Shown: in pieces, positions 29,296-39,313 of the stretch
Layout of the letters: each line of letters starts with the position of its first letter
Numbering within the stretch: the stretch's first letter is position 1
Source: an uncultured Lachnospiraceae bacterium
GTDB taxonomy: Bacteria; Bacillota; Clostridia; Christensenellales; UBA1242
Assembly: GCA_964393975.1 (NCBI GenBank)
Contig: CAYMVO010000001.1
Location: forward strand, 4,055 to 68,054
Direction of reading: 5' to 3'
Length of the DNA: 64,000 bases
Program-made: the position numbers and the translations under genes
Notes under the pieces: generated by a model
Told to the model about the DNA's origin: nothing
What the model saw: only the letters and a program-made list of their open reading frames with translations
Database searches by the model: none

Positions 29296-30217
29296 TCACA
29301 TTCCCGTTATGCTTAACGAATGTATTGAAGGGCTAGACATCAAACCTAATGGCATTTACATTGATGGTACACTTGGTGGAGCAGGTCACTCAAGCGAAAT
29401 TCTTAAGCGATTGGCGAACGGAAAACTTATTGCTATAGACAAAGACAATGATGCAATAAATGCGTCAAGAGAAAAATTAAGCAAAATATCATCAAATTTT
29501 GAAATAGTCCATAATGATTTTAACAATATTAAGTCAATATTAAATCAACTTGGCATAGATAAGGTGGATGGTATACTATTAGATTTGGGTGTTAGTTCGT
29601 ATCAAGTGGACAATCCAGAAAGAGGGTTTTCATATAGATATGATTCAAAACTTGATATGCGTATGGATAAAGACCAGCATTTTACCGCTTTTGATGTAGT
29701 AAATGGATACACGGAAGAAAGATTGATAAAAATTCTTTATGATTATGGCGATGAGAGTTTTGCGAAAAAAATTGTGAGAAATATTGTAACCGCTAGAAAA
29801 ATCAAACCTATTGAGACCACTAGCGAACTCGTAGGTTTGATAGAGAAAGCATATCCAGCAAAAATATTACATAAGGGTGGCAGTGTAGCAAAAAAGACTT
29901 TTCAAGCTATCCGTATAGAAGTCAATGGTGAATTAAATAGACTAGAAAACACTCTTTCGGATATGATAGATAGTCTAAATAAGGGCGGAAGATTATGCGT
30001 GATAACATTTCATTCAGCGGAAGATAAGATTGTAAAGCATTTGTTTAAGGATAAAGCAATAAAATGTGTTTGTCCAAAAGAGGCAATAAAATGTACTTGC
30101 AATCATAAACCTGATGTGAAGCTAATCACTAAAAAATCTATCACCGCAAGCATTGATGAACTTGCTATAAACAAGCGTTCGCACAGTGCAAAACTAAGGA
30201 TTGTAGAAAAACTTTAG
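29285..30217 (+). CDS. rsmH: 16S rRNA (cytosine1402-N4)-methyltransferase RsmH
   Basis: HIPVML, DGTLGGAGHS and DLGVSS motifs are present. Confidence 0.9.
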   Translation: MEFSHIPVMLNECIEGLDIKPNGIYIDGTLGGAGHSSEILKRLANGKLIAIDKDNDAINASREKLSKISSNFEIVHNDFNNIKSILNQLGIDKVDGILLDLGVSSYQVDNPERGFSYRYDSKLDMRMDKDQHFTAFDVVNGYTEERLIKILYDYGDESFAKKIVRNIVTARKIKPIETTSELVGLIEKAYPAKILHKGGSVAKKTFQAIRIEVNGELNRLENTLSDMIDSLNKGGRLCVITFHSAEDKIVKHLFKDKAIKCVCPKEAIKCTCNHKPDVKLITKKSITASIDELAINKRSHSAKLRIVEKL

Positions 30218-30247
30218 CATAAATAAAGTAAAAGGAGAATATATTGT

Positions 30248-30754
30248 ATGGAGCAAATGAAGACTAGAACAACTGTATTAGATAGACAAATAGACAAGTT
30301 TGATAATTATTCCGACTTGGAATACGCAAGTTGTAAAAATTTGGGTAGTTTGGTTTCAAAAAGACAAACTAGAGTATCATCTCAAATAAATGTTAAGTAT
30401 AACGCTCTTGGAGTGGTAAGGGTGATTGCGTTAGTGTTGATAGTGGCGCTACTAGGATTTTTGCTAATATACAATGTATTTGCAATGGCAAAGGTTAGTA
30501 GTAATATCGCTATTACAGAGGGGCTGATTGCTAGTGAACAAGCGGAAGTTAACCTTTTAAAAGAAAAATTAAACGCATTAGATAATGAGTCTGTGTTAAA
30601 TGAGAAGGTTTTAAATGCCGGTTATACAGAAAATGGTGGGGTGGTTATTACAAATTGCACAACTCTTCCCGTAGCTAATGCAATTACATACGACAAACAA
30701 ACCAACTGGTTTGACAAATTATGCGAGATTTTATCAAGTATTTTTGGAGGATAA
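30248..30754 (+). CDS. ftsL: FtsL-like bitopic cell-division protein
   Basis: Single TM helix followed by a coiled-coil segment, in the position between rsmH and the PBP gene. Primary-sequence evidence is weak. Confidence 0.5.
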   Translation: MEQMKTRTTVLDRQIDKFDNYSDLEYASCKNLGSLVSKRQTRVSSQINVKYNALGVVRVIALVLIVALLGFLLIYNVFAMAKVSSNIAITEGLIASEQAEVNLLKEKLNALDNESVLNEKVLNAGYTENGGVVITNCTTLPVANAITYDKQTNWFDKLCEILSSIFGG

Positions 30755-32658
30755 TGGTGATTAATACCTTTTATTCAATAGGTCGTTTACAAAAGAGGTT
30801 GTTAGTAATTATATTACTAATAACTTTTTTATTTGGCGCAATTTTTTTACGGCTTAGTTACTTGCAACTAATAAACGGGCAGTGGTTACAAGCAAAAGCG
30901 CTAGATCAATGGACTCGTGATGTCCCTATAAAAGCAAAAAGGGGTACGATTTACGACGCAAATGGCAGTGCGATAGCAGTAAATTATGCAACTTATGATG
31001 TCTATGTAAGAGCTAAAAATGTAGAAAAACCAAAAGAACTCGCCGAGGTTTTGTCAAGAGTTTTAGACTTGGATTATTCTGCCGTTTACAAAAAAGTCAC
31101 AAATAAAAGCGTTAGTGAGAGCAGTGTAAAGTTGCAAGTCACCGATGATAAGGTCAAAGAAATCATATCATACGGGCTTAAAGGTGTGGTATTTTCAGAA
31201 AACTCAAAACGCTATTATCCTTATAGTGATCTATTTACGCAAGTTTTAGGCTATACAACCGTAGATGGTATAGGGCAATCGGGGCTAGAAGCTTACTACA
31301 ATAATTTTTTAAAAGGTGAAGACGGCTATGTTCTTACACAAGCGGATGTGCAAGGAATAGAACTAGACAACAAACTAGATATGTATATCCCTTCAATATC
31401 TGGTATGAACATAAAAACCACTCTAAATGCCACAATACAAAAATTATTAGAACAAGCAATGTCTTTAGCTCTTGTAGAACAAAAAGCAAAAAAAGTTAGT
31501 GGTATAGTAATGAATCCAAACACAGGTGAAATCTTAGCGATGGGTAGCGTGCCAAATTTTGATCTAAACAATATTCCTCGTGACAATATCAGTGCGCTAT
31601 TTGATATGAGCAAAAACTCTCTTGTAGTAGATATTTATGAGCCGGGTTCAACTTTTAAAATTCTCACTAGTGCAATTAGTTTAGATGAAGGTATTGTGAC
31701 TACTTCCGATTCATTTTACGATCCAGGATATAGAATAGTGGATGGCGAAAAAATAAAGTGCTGGAAAACAGTCGGTCACGGTCAACAGACTTTTACAGAT
31801 GGATTTTGTAATTCTTGCAATGCCGTGTTTATTGATTTAGCGTTAAGATTAGGTCTGGATACTTTTTATAAGAGATTTGATGAGTTTGGTTTAGGACAAC
31901 TAACTGGTATAGATTTTTTAGGCGAAGCGAGTGGCATACTAATGCAAAAAGATAGTGTCAAGACAGTAGACCTTGCGCGTATGGGGTTTGGTCAGGCAAT
32001 CGCGGTGAGTCCTATTCAACTCGCTACCGCATTATCAGCTACCGTAAATGGTGGTAATCTAATGACTCCCTATCTAGTGAGTGAAATTACTGATGTGAAT
32101 GGTGATTTAATTTACGCAACATCACCAAAAAAGGTGCGTTCGGTAATAAAAGGCAATGTAAGTGCGACTATTTGTTCTTTTTTAGAGGAGGCAGTTAGTA
32201 GACCTTTGGGTAAATATACTTTTATACCAGGATATTCTGTTGGGGGTAAAACGGGAACAACACAAAAATATGTTGACGGCAAAATATCCGGTACGTATAT
32301 AGCGAGTTTTTTCGGTGTTTTCCCGTGTGATAACCCCGAGTACGTCATACTTTTTATCGTGGATGAACCTACTGCGGGCTCGTATTATGGTAGTATCGCT
32401 GCAACGCCGTATGCAAAAAAGATTTTTGAGGGTATAATAGACTATTACAATTATAAGCCCGTTGCGCAAACAGATGAAATAGAAGATGTACAAATGCCTA
32501 ATCTAGTCGGGATGAGTCTAAGCACTGCTATAAACGCGCTTATAGAAATCGGTCTTGCGTATGAGATAGGTGGCGATGGTGGTGTAGTAACCGAACAATT
32601 CCCACCGCCAAATACAACACTTAAAAAAGGTCAAGTGGTTCAAATCAACACAACTTAA
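30754..32658 (+). CDS. class B penicillin-binding protein (FtsI/PBP2B/SpoVD type) with C-terminal PASTA domain
   Basis: SxxK (STFK), SxN (SCN) and KTG (KTGT) are present, with one PASTA-like module at the C-terminus. ATG 30754 overlaps the ftsL stop (TAATG) after GGAGG. Confidence 0.85.
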   Translation: MVINTFYSIGRLQKRLLVIILLITFLFGAIFLRLSYLQLINGQWLQAKALDQWTRDVPIKAKRGTIYDANGSAIAVNYATYDVYVRAKNVEKPKELAEVLSRVLDLDYSAVYKKVTNKSVSESSVKLQVTDDKVKEIISYGLKGVVFSENSKRYYPYSDLFTQVLGYTTVDGIGQSGLEAYYNNFLKGEDGYVLTQADVQGIELDNKLDMYIPSISGMNIKTTLNATIQKLLEQAMSLALVEQKAKKVSGIVMNPNTGEILAMGSVPNFDLNNIPRDNISALFDMSKNSLVVDIYEPGSTFKILTSAISLDEGIVTTSDSFYDPGYRIVDGEKIKCWKTVGHGQQTFTDGFCNSCNAVFIDLALRLGLDTFYKRFDEFGLGQLTGIDFLGEASGILMQKDSVKTVDLARMGFGQAIAVSPIQLATALSATVNGGNLMTPYLVSEITDVNGDLIYATSPKKVRSVIKGNVSATICSFLEEAVSRPLGKYTFIPGYSVGGKTGTTQKYVDGKISGTYIASFFGVFPCDNPEYVILFIVDEPTAGSYYGSIAATPYAKKIFEGIIDYYNYKPVAQTDEIEDVQMPNLVGMSLSTAINALIEIGLAYEIGGDGGVVTEQFPPPNTTLKKGQVVQINTT

Positions 32659-32668
32659 CGAGGTAAAA

Positions 32669-34099
32669 ATGAAACTAAAAACTTTACTTGAAAATGTTAC
32701 TTATGATACTAAAAATTATGCTAATATTGAAGTACACTATTTATGCGTAGATAGTCGCAAAGTGCAAAAAGGCTCATTGTTTTTCTGCATTGAAGGAGGT
32801 AAAGTGGATGGTCATAATTTCGTGCTTGAAGCCATATCTAAAGGTGCGGTCGCGGTGGTTGTTAGTCACGAGATACCTATTTACGATGTACCTGTTATTT
32901 TGGTGGATAATGTTCGCAAAGCTCTAACAATTATTTGTAGTAATTTTTATAATAATGTAGACAAAAAATTAAGATTTATAGGTATCACTGGCACCAATGG
33001 TAAGACCACTACGAGCTTTATTTTAAAATCAATTTTAGGGACAAAATACAATGTTGGCGTAATAGGTACGAGTGGGTGCTTTATAGGTAATGAAAAAATA
33101 GAAACACATTTAACTACACCTGACACTTTAGAGCTTTTTAGTTTGCTTTATCAAATGTATAATAAAGGTGTGGTTTATGTAATAATGGAAGTGTCAGCTC
33201 ACGCTATAGCATTGAATAAGATTTACGGGTTAAACTTTGATATAGGAATATTTACAAATCTCACACATGACCATTTAGATTATTTTGGCGATATGGAAAA
33301 TTACTGGAACGTAAAAAAGCATTTTATGATGCAATATTGTAAAAAGATTGTTGTAAATATTGATGATAAATACGCAAGAGAACTTTTAGATTTTAGTGGG
33401 ATAGTGTACACTTATGGACTTGAAAACCCTAGTGATATCTTTGCGGTTAACATAAATATAGATTTAGACGGAAGCAGTTTTTATGTAAATTTAAACGATG
33501 AAATTGCAAAAGTACATTTTGGTTTAGCAGGTATATACAATGTTTATAATGTAATGGCGGGACTACTTGTGGGGAGTCTTTGCGGTGTCGACTTAATAAA
33601 CGCGGTAAAAGGTGTGGAAAAAGTTACGGCAGTAGACGGTCGATTTGACCTAAAAAGCATAAATGATTTTTATGCGATAATAGACTATGCACACAGTCCT
33701 GATGCTCTTGAAAACGTACTAAAGACCGTGCGTACATTTGCGAAAAGACGAGTTATTGTTGTGTTTGGTTCTAGTGGTTATCGAGATAGTTTAAAACGAC
33801 CTAAAATGGGTGCAGTAGTATCAAAATATGCTGATTTTAGCGTGATTACTAGCGACAATCCGCGTTACGAAAACCCTATGGATATAATACGAGATATTGA
33901 AAAAGGATACATAAATGACAAATATTTGACCGAACCTGACAGGGTAAAAGCAGTACAAAAAGCTTTGTCCCTTGCTCAAAAAGATGATATAGTTGTGATA
34001 TGCGGGAAAGGTCACGAACTTGGTCAAAATATTATGGGCGTTGATGTACCGTATTCCGACTACGATGAGGTAGAAAAATTTGCTAAAAACACGCCGTAA
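32669..34099 (+). CDS. murE: UDP-N-acetylmuramoyl-tripeptide synthetase MurE (meso-DAP type)
   Basis: GITGTNGKTTT P-loop is present, and the DNPR motif (TSDNPRYENP) is indicative of meso-diaminopimelate addition. Confidence 0.85.
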   Translation: MKLKTLLENVTYDTKNYANIEVHYLCVDSRKVQKGSLFFCIEGGKVDGHNFVLEAISKGAVAVVVSHEIPIYDVPVILVDNVRKALTIICSNFYNNVDKKLRFIGITGTNGKTTTSFILKSILGTKYNVGVIGTSGCFIGNEKIETHLTTPDTLELFSLLYQMYNKGVVYVIMEVSAHAIALNKIYGLNFDIGIFTNLTHDHLDYFGDMENYWNVKKHFMMQYCKKIVVNIDDKYARELLDFSGIVYTYGLENPSDIFAVNINIDLDGSSFYVNLNDEIAKVHFGLAGIYNVYNVMAGLLVGSLCGVDLINAVKGVEKVTAVDGRFDLKSINDFYAIIDYAHSPDALENVLKTVRTFAKRRVIVVFGSSGYRDSLKRPKMGAVVSKYADFSVITSDNPRYENPMDIIRDIEKGYINDKYLTEPDRVKAVQKALSLAQKDDIVVICGKGHELGQNIMGVDVPYSDYDEVEKFAKNTP

Positions 34100-34145
34100 A
34101 GAATAAAAAATTTACACCTAGCATAGACTAACTAAAGGAGGTAAT

Positions 34146-35144
34146 ATGAATAATTTATTACTATCACTTAGTCTGTCTTTTTTTGTGGCGTGGTTGCTCG
34201 CTATACCTATTATAAAAATTTTAAAAAAACAAAAAGTCGGTCAAAATATCTTAGAGTATGTTGATTTACATAATGCAAAACAAGGTACACCTACTATGGG
34301 TGGGATTATATTTTTGTCCGCTATGTGCGTTGTCGGTTTGTTAATGATAGGAAAAGATAGCTTTTTGAGTACACTCACTATGTTAGTGGGGTTAGGGTAT
34401 GGATTGATAGGTTTTTTGGATGATTATATAAAAATTAAATTTAAAAGAAATTTGGGACTTAGGGCATATCAAAAAATCATCGGTCAAGGTGGACTAGCTA
34501 TAATAATTGGATTTATCTGTTACTTTAACCGCCTTATCCCTACATCGTTAATTTTACCTTTTGGACTAGGTGAGTGGGAGGTTGGGATATGGATAATTCC
34601 TATAGTAATCTTCATTTTTTTAGCGGTCACAAATGCGGTAAATTTAACAGATGGGCTAGATGGACTCGCTGGAGGAGTTAGTGTAGTATATCTAATTGGT
34701 TTTGGCTGTATTTTAAGCTCTTTAAGCGGGTATTTATATAGCGAAGGTGCTAGCGATGAACTGATAAATGAATACAACAACCTACTAGTAGTGAATGGCG
34801 CTTTGGTGGGTGGGGTACTCGGGTTTTTACTCTTTAACACTTATCCTGCAAAGATTTTTATGGGTGACGTCGGTTCGCTAGCTATAGGGGCGGTGATAGC
34901 GTGTTTAGCATGCTTTACGGGACTTATCTTTTACATTCCGTTATTGGGAATAATGTTTGTCTTGTCTACAGTATCAGTTATTCTTCAAGTATTGCATTAC
35001 AAACGCACAAAAAAGAGAATTTTCCTTATGGCACCATTGCATCATCATTTTGAGAAAAAAGGAGTGAATGAAAGCAAAATCGTCAGCATATATATTATAA
35101 CAACTATAATTGTTTGTGCTACCACTATAGCACTCGGGATATAA
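34146..35144 (+). CDS. mraY: phospho-N-acetylmuramoyl-pentapeptide transferase
   Basis: Polytopic protein with DDYIKI, NAVNLTDGLDGLA and APLHHHFE motifs. Confidence 0.9.
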   Translation: MNNLLLSLSLSFFVAWLLAIPIIKILKKQKVGQNILEYVDLHNAKQGTPTMGGIIFLSAMCVVGLLMIGKDSFLSTLTMLVGLGYGLIGFLDDYIKIKFKRNLGLRAYQKIIGQGGLAIIIGFICYFNRLIPTSLILPFGLGEWEVGIWIIPIVIFIFLAVTNAVNLTDGLDGLAGGVSVVYLIGFGCILSSLSGYLYSEGASDELINEYNNLLVVNGALVGGVLGFLLFNTYPAKIFMGDVGSLAIGAVIACLACFTGLIFYIPLLGIMFVLSTVSVILQVLHYKRTKKRIFLMAPLHHHFEKKGVNESKIVSIYIITTIIVCATTIALGI

Positions 35145-35154
35145 AGGAGTATAT

Positions 35155-36468
35155 ATGCGATTTAAAAACAAAAAAATCTTAGTGTATGGTTTGGGTAAAA
35201 GCGGTCTTGCTGTAATAGAGCGACTTATACGACTAAAAGCTAAGATTTTTTTATTGGATACAAACAAAAAAGTTTTAGATAAAATAGCAAGTAGCTATGA
35301 TTTAAGTACAGAGTTTGATATTTCTTCACTTGATATGATAATAGTTAGCCCTGCTATTGCAAAAAATGACGCCGTTTTAGAGCAAGCGAAAATGTCTAAA
35401 ATAAAAATAATAAGCGAGTTAGAGTTTGGGTTTTTACTAAACAAAAAAGCAACATACATTTCAGTCACAGGTACAAACGGCAAGACTACAACTGTAAATA
35501 TAATTTATAACATTTTAAAATCTAGCGGTAAAAATAGTTATTTGCTCGGTAATGTAGGGACGCCTCTCAGTAGTGCCACTATAAAAAAAGGAATAGTAGC
35601 ATTAGAGGTTAGTAGTTTTCAACTAGAATATATAGATAAGTTTAGACCGCAAATAGCTATTATTTTAAACTTGGCACCCGATCATCTAAATAGATATACA
35701 AGTCTGTCGGAATACTATAGTTATAAAAAGAAAATTATACAAAATAGCAAAAACGATATTCTTATATTAAATAAAGATGATAATAACCTAAAAAATTTCA
35801 ACCCGCAAAACACAAAAGTATATTATATAAGTCTCAATAAATTTGATGGGAAAGGTGCCTTTATTTTTGATGGAAAAATATGTTATCACGACAAAAGCAC
35901 GGAGGAGATTTGCGGCATAAAAGACCTGAAACTCATAGGTATACACAATCTTTATAACATTATGGCATCGGTGGTGGCGTGCAAACTTATGGGTATTTAC
36001 AATGAAGCTATAAAAACTGCTATTACGCAATTTTCAGGACTAGCACATAGGTTTGAGTTTGTGCTAGAAAATAACGGTGTGATAGTGATAAATGATAGTA
36101 AATCTACTAATGTCGCTAGTACACTATCCGCTTACAAGAGTACGACTAGTGGTTCACATATCATACTAGGAGGTAGTAGTAAAGGTGAATGTTTTGATGC
36201 CCTATTTAGCGAGAAACCTAAATATCATTTTTACCTTTACGGAGAGACGGCGAAAGAGATTTACGCTACAGCTAAAAAATACAATCAGCAAAAAAAATGT
36301 ACTATATTTGACAATTTATTTGACGCTACCAATTACGCATTATCAAAAGCAAAAAGAGGTGAAATGGTGGTCTTATCACCGGCGTGCGCGAGCTACGATG
36401 CTTTTGTTAGTTATGAGGATAGAGGTGAACAATTTAAAGAATACGTGAGGACTTATTATGAAAAATAA
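35155..36468 (+). CDS. murD: UDP-N-acetylmuramoylalanine--D-glutamate ligase
   Basis: VTGTNGKTTT P-loop, Mur ligase domain order and dcw position support the call. Confidence 0.85.
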   Translation: MRFKNKKILVYGLGKSGLAVIERLIRLKAKIFLLDTNKKVLDKIASSYDLSTEFDISSLDMIIVSPAIAKNDAVLEQAKMSKIKIISELEFGFLLNKKATYISVTGTNGKTTTVNIIYNILKSSGKNSYLLGNVGTPLSSATIKKGIVALEVSSFQLEYIDKFRPQIAIILNLAPDHLNRYTSLSEYYSYKKKIIQNSKNDILILNKDDNNLKNFNPQNTKVYYISLNKFDGKGAFIFDGKICYHDKSTEEICGIKDLKLIGIHNLYNIMASVVACKLMGIYNEAIKTAITQFSGLAHRFEFVLENNGVIVINDSKSTNVASTLSAYKSTTSGSHIILGGSSKGECFDALFSEKPKYHFYLYGETAKEIYATAKKYNQQKKCTIFDNLFDATNYALSKAKRGEMVVLSPACASYDAFVSYEDRGEQFKEYVRTYYEK

Positions 36469-37612
36469 AGAGCCACTATTCCTACCAAAACACTACAAAA
36501 ATATAGAACTTAAAATCATTTTGATTACTATTATACTTTGCGTTTTTGGGTGTGTAATGGTCTATAGTGCTAGCAGTTATTCCGCTAGCATAAACTACAA
36601 TAACGAATATCATTTTTTAACAAAACAAATCATAGGTGTCGCCTTAGGGGCTATTTGTATGACGGTTATGTGCTTTGTGGACTATCGCATACTAAAGCGG
36701 TTTAAATGGTGGGCGATATTAGTGTCTTTTGTGGTATTGCTTCTTGTCTTTATACCAAATATAGGTGTCAGTAATTATGGTGCGCAAAGGTGGATAGGGT
36801 TACCTGGGTTTACCATTCAAGCAAGTGAGATAGCAAAATTTTGCTTTGTGCTATTTTGCGCGAGTTACTTATGCGACAAAGCGGACTCTATACATAAATT
36901 CAAGACTTTGTTGCCCGTTTTAGGTGTTGGACTAGCTACTTGTTTACTCATTTTATTAGAACCTAATATGTCTATCACTATGTGTGTTGGGCTAGTAATG
37001 CTAACTATGTTATTTATTGGTGGTATGCGACTAAAACATTTAGGTTTACTCTCTATACCCGCTATTATGCTCGTTCCTATGCTTATCATATTAGAACCAT
37101 ATCGTTTAAAGAGGCTTATGGCATTTATAAACCCGTGGGCATCACCACAAGGTGAGGGGTTTCAATTAATTCAGTCACTTTATAGTCTCGGAGCGGGAGG
37201 ATTATTTGGCGTCGGACTTTTTAATTCTAGACAAAAATATCAATTTTTACCTTTTTCAGAAAGTGATTTTATCTTTAGTATTATCGGCGAAGAATTTGGT
37301 CTATTTGGTGCGGGGGTTTTGATATTACTATTTTTAGCACTTATTATCAATATGCTAAAAGTCGCTAGACGTTCCGCGGATAGATTTGGGTATCTTTTAG
37401 TGGTAGGTATTACAAGCGTGCTGGCAATACAAGTCCTCATAAACCTTGCCGTAGTCACAGGCAGTATACCACCAACGGGCGTACCTTTGCCACTAATTAG
37501 TGCAGGTAGTAGTAGTCTAATTGTGTTTATGAGTGCGATAGGTGTAGTGTTAAATATAAATCGTGTAAACTCCATTCAAAATCCATATATGCTTGTCAAA
37601 TATAAACCATAA
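36458..37612 (+). CDS. ftsW: SEDS-family peptidoglycan polymerase FtsW/SpoVE
   Basis: Ten-TM pattern with SDFIFSIIGEEFG and GVPLPLISAGSSS motifs. Confidence 0.85.
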   Translation: MKNKEPLFLPKHYKNIELKIILITIILCVFGCVMVYSASSYSASINYNNEYHFLTKQIIGVALGAICMTVMCFVDYRILKRFKWWAILVSFVVLLLVFIPNIGVSNYGAQRWIGLPGFTIQASEIAKFCFVLFCASYLCDKADSIHKFKTLLPVLGVGLATCLLILLEPNMSITMCVGLVMLTMLFIGGMRLKHLGLLSIPAIMLVPMLIILEPYRLKRLMAFINPWASPQGEGFQLIQSLYSLGAGGLFGVGLFNSRQKYQFLPFSESDFIFSIIGEEFGLFGAGVLILLFLALIINMLKVARRSADRFGYLLVVGITSVLAIQVLINLAVVTGSIPPTGVPLPLISAGSSSLIVFMSAIGVVLNINRVNSIQNPYMLVKYKP

Positions 37613-37724
37613 TGTAAAAATCATTAATTCTTAAAGTAATATTTTTCCTATCTTTTTTAAAATACTTGATATTCATTTAAATTTAAGTCAAAATTTAATT
37701 TGATAAAATAAATGAAAATAATTT

Positions 37725-38114
37725 ATGACCTACGAAATGAAATTAAAAGAAAAATATTTTGATATGATTAAATGTGGAGGAAAAATTTACGAAATTAGGC
37801 TAAATGATGAAAAAAGATGACTTATTGATGCTGGTGATATTATCGTTTTCAAAAAAGAACCATGTTTGATTGAAAAAATCAATACGATAGTTAAAGATAT
37901 AATATATTTTAGTTCTTTTGAAGAAATGGCTAGCACTCTTCCACTTGAAAAAGTCGGTTTTTTAAAAGAAAGGAGTGAGGATGTTGCTAATATTTATCAC
38001 GAATTTTACACTGTTGAAGATGAAACAAAATATGGAGTTGTTGCTATAAAAGTTGAAAAAATCAATAAGATTGGGATATTTTTATATAAAAAAATTAAAA
38101 TTTTATCAATATGA
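37725..38114 (+). pseudogene. ASCH-domain-like gene interrupted by a single in-frame TGA (37818-37820)
   Basis: Reading ATG 37725 through to 38114 gives MTYEMKLKEKYFDMIKCGGKIYEIRLNDEKR*LIDAGDIIVFKK...YGVVAIKVEKI, an ASCH-like pattern. The track ORF 37866-38114 is the in-frame 3' remnant. No SD is present. Confidence 0.5.
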
Positions 38115-38133
38115 AATTTACTTTGAGAATTAA
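38111..38133 (+). repeat. left copy of 23-nt direct repeat (ATGAAATTTACTTTGAGAATTAA)
   Basis: 22/23 nt identical to 39314-39336, with the 19-mer AATTTACTTTGAGAATTAA exact. It overlaps the ASCH stop codon. CTTTGAGAAT (38121-38130) pairs with ATTCTCAAAG (38151-38160). Confidence 0.9.
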
Positions 38134-38209
38134 TAAAAAGCAAATAAAATATTCTCAAAGAGGTTTACATTTTTTTGTTGTATGATATAATAATATCATC
38201 GGAGGAAAT

Positions 38210-39091
38210 ATGAATAAGATATTATATAGTTATATTCCGTATATTGATGAGGATGTTTTTTATAATCTATTGAAAAAGACTGATAATCTAGAATATAGCA
38301 AAAGTGGTAGCAATAGTAAGTGTGCGATCATTGATAATTTTGCTGTGCTCAAAACAGGGAATATTCCAAGTCATGATAATAGTTTTCCTAAAATGATTAA
38401 TTGTTTGCATAATTTAAAAAAGGAAAATGTAAATGTCGTACAGATTTTAGGTTATGCCGTCACACGCTTAGGTGATACTTTTAACGATGGGGCTAGATAC
38501 GATAAAGGATACATAGTTCAAGAAAAGGCAAAGGGGAGCGAACTTTTATGTCCTAGTGAATTTATGGGTAAGAGCGAACAAGAATGTTATGATATCGTCA
38601 TTCGTTATTTGAAAACGCTAGATAATATCCCACAACAACATTTTGATAAATGGGTTGCTGATTATAAAATAATTACGGACAATATGGTTTTAATTGATCC
38701 AAGCAAAGAATCTAATTTTTTTTATGATGACAAAAATGGGTTCAGTTTTATTGACCTAAACTTTTTCAGTAAACAACGACTTTTTGATAAAACTAATAGT
38801 GACGGGACACTGCATCACGATTTGTTTATAGATTATACATTTTTACCTTTTAGGGCGTTAGCGTTTGGACGTTATGATAAGTATTTTAAAACTTCAAAAG
38901 ATGTTGAATTTGCGCAAAAAGTTATGAGGGGTGGATATGATAAAATGGTGAATGCTCTGCTAAAAATTGGCGTTACTTTGGAGGATATTGAATATTGTTT
39001 AGAAAAAGGCGGAATGCGAAATTCGCGAATGAGTAGTTTTAAGACTGAACGTAATGTGAAAAAAGATTTTACAGATGATTTAACAATATAA
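38210..39091 (+). CDS. hypothetical protein with protein-kinase-like/aminoglycoside-phosphotransferase-like motifs
   Basis: GGAGG SD. It has the order: SKSGSNSK loop, AVLK (candidate beta3 Lys), hinge-like IVQEKAKGSEL, catalytic-loop-like LIDPSKESN, then FIDLNF (DFG-equivalent). The assignment is by eye only. Confidence 0.35.
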   Translation: MNKILYSYIPYIDEDVFYNLLKKTDNLEYSKSGSNSKCAIIDNFAVLKTGNIPSHDNSFPKMINCLHNLKKENVNVVQILGYAVTRLGDTFNDGARYDKGYIVQEKAKGSELLCPSEFMGKSEQECYDIVIRYLKTLDNIPQQHFDKWVADYKIITDNMVLIDPSKESNFFYDDKNGFSFIDLNFFSKQRLFDKTNSDGTLHHDLFIDYTFLPFRALAFGRYDKYFKTSKDVEFAQKVMRGGYDKMVNALLKIGVTLEDIEYCLEKGGMRNSRMSSFKTERNVKKDFTDDLTI

Positions 39092-39250
39092 AAGTGTTAC
39101 TTGATTGCGTGTTTAAATTTTTAGCGTGACAACAAATAGCTTTAAAAGGCATACACTACAGGCGTACATTTACTACTAAATAACGCAGTTATTGTGCAGG
39201 TATGAGGTAATGAATAAATAAAGTTATATCAAAACTTTTAAACATAAAAC

Positions 39251-39277
39251 AGCAAAGCGTAATAACTTTGCTATTTT
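39251..39277. terminator. rho-independent terminator (usable on both strands)
   Basis: AGCAAAG-cgtaataa-CTTTGCT stem flanked by A-rich 5' and ATTTT 3' sequence. Confidence 0.6.
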
Positions 39278-39313
39278 CGTTAATTCCCAAAGTAAATTTT
39301 TTTAATTTCCACT

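Noticed and set aside
37818-37820. Possibility that TGA is reassigned (genetic code 4 or 25, or selenocysteine), given the in-frame TGA in the ASCH-like gene.
   Set aside because: TGA terminates well-supported genes at their expected ends (glmM at 12235-12237, uppS at 62716-62718). Trp is encoded by TGG throughout. I saw no SECIS-like hairpin or sel genes.
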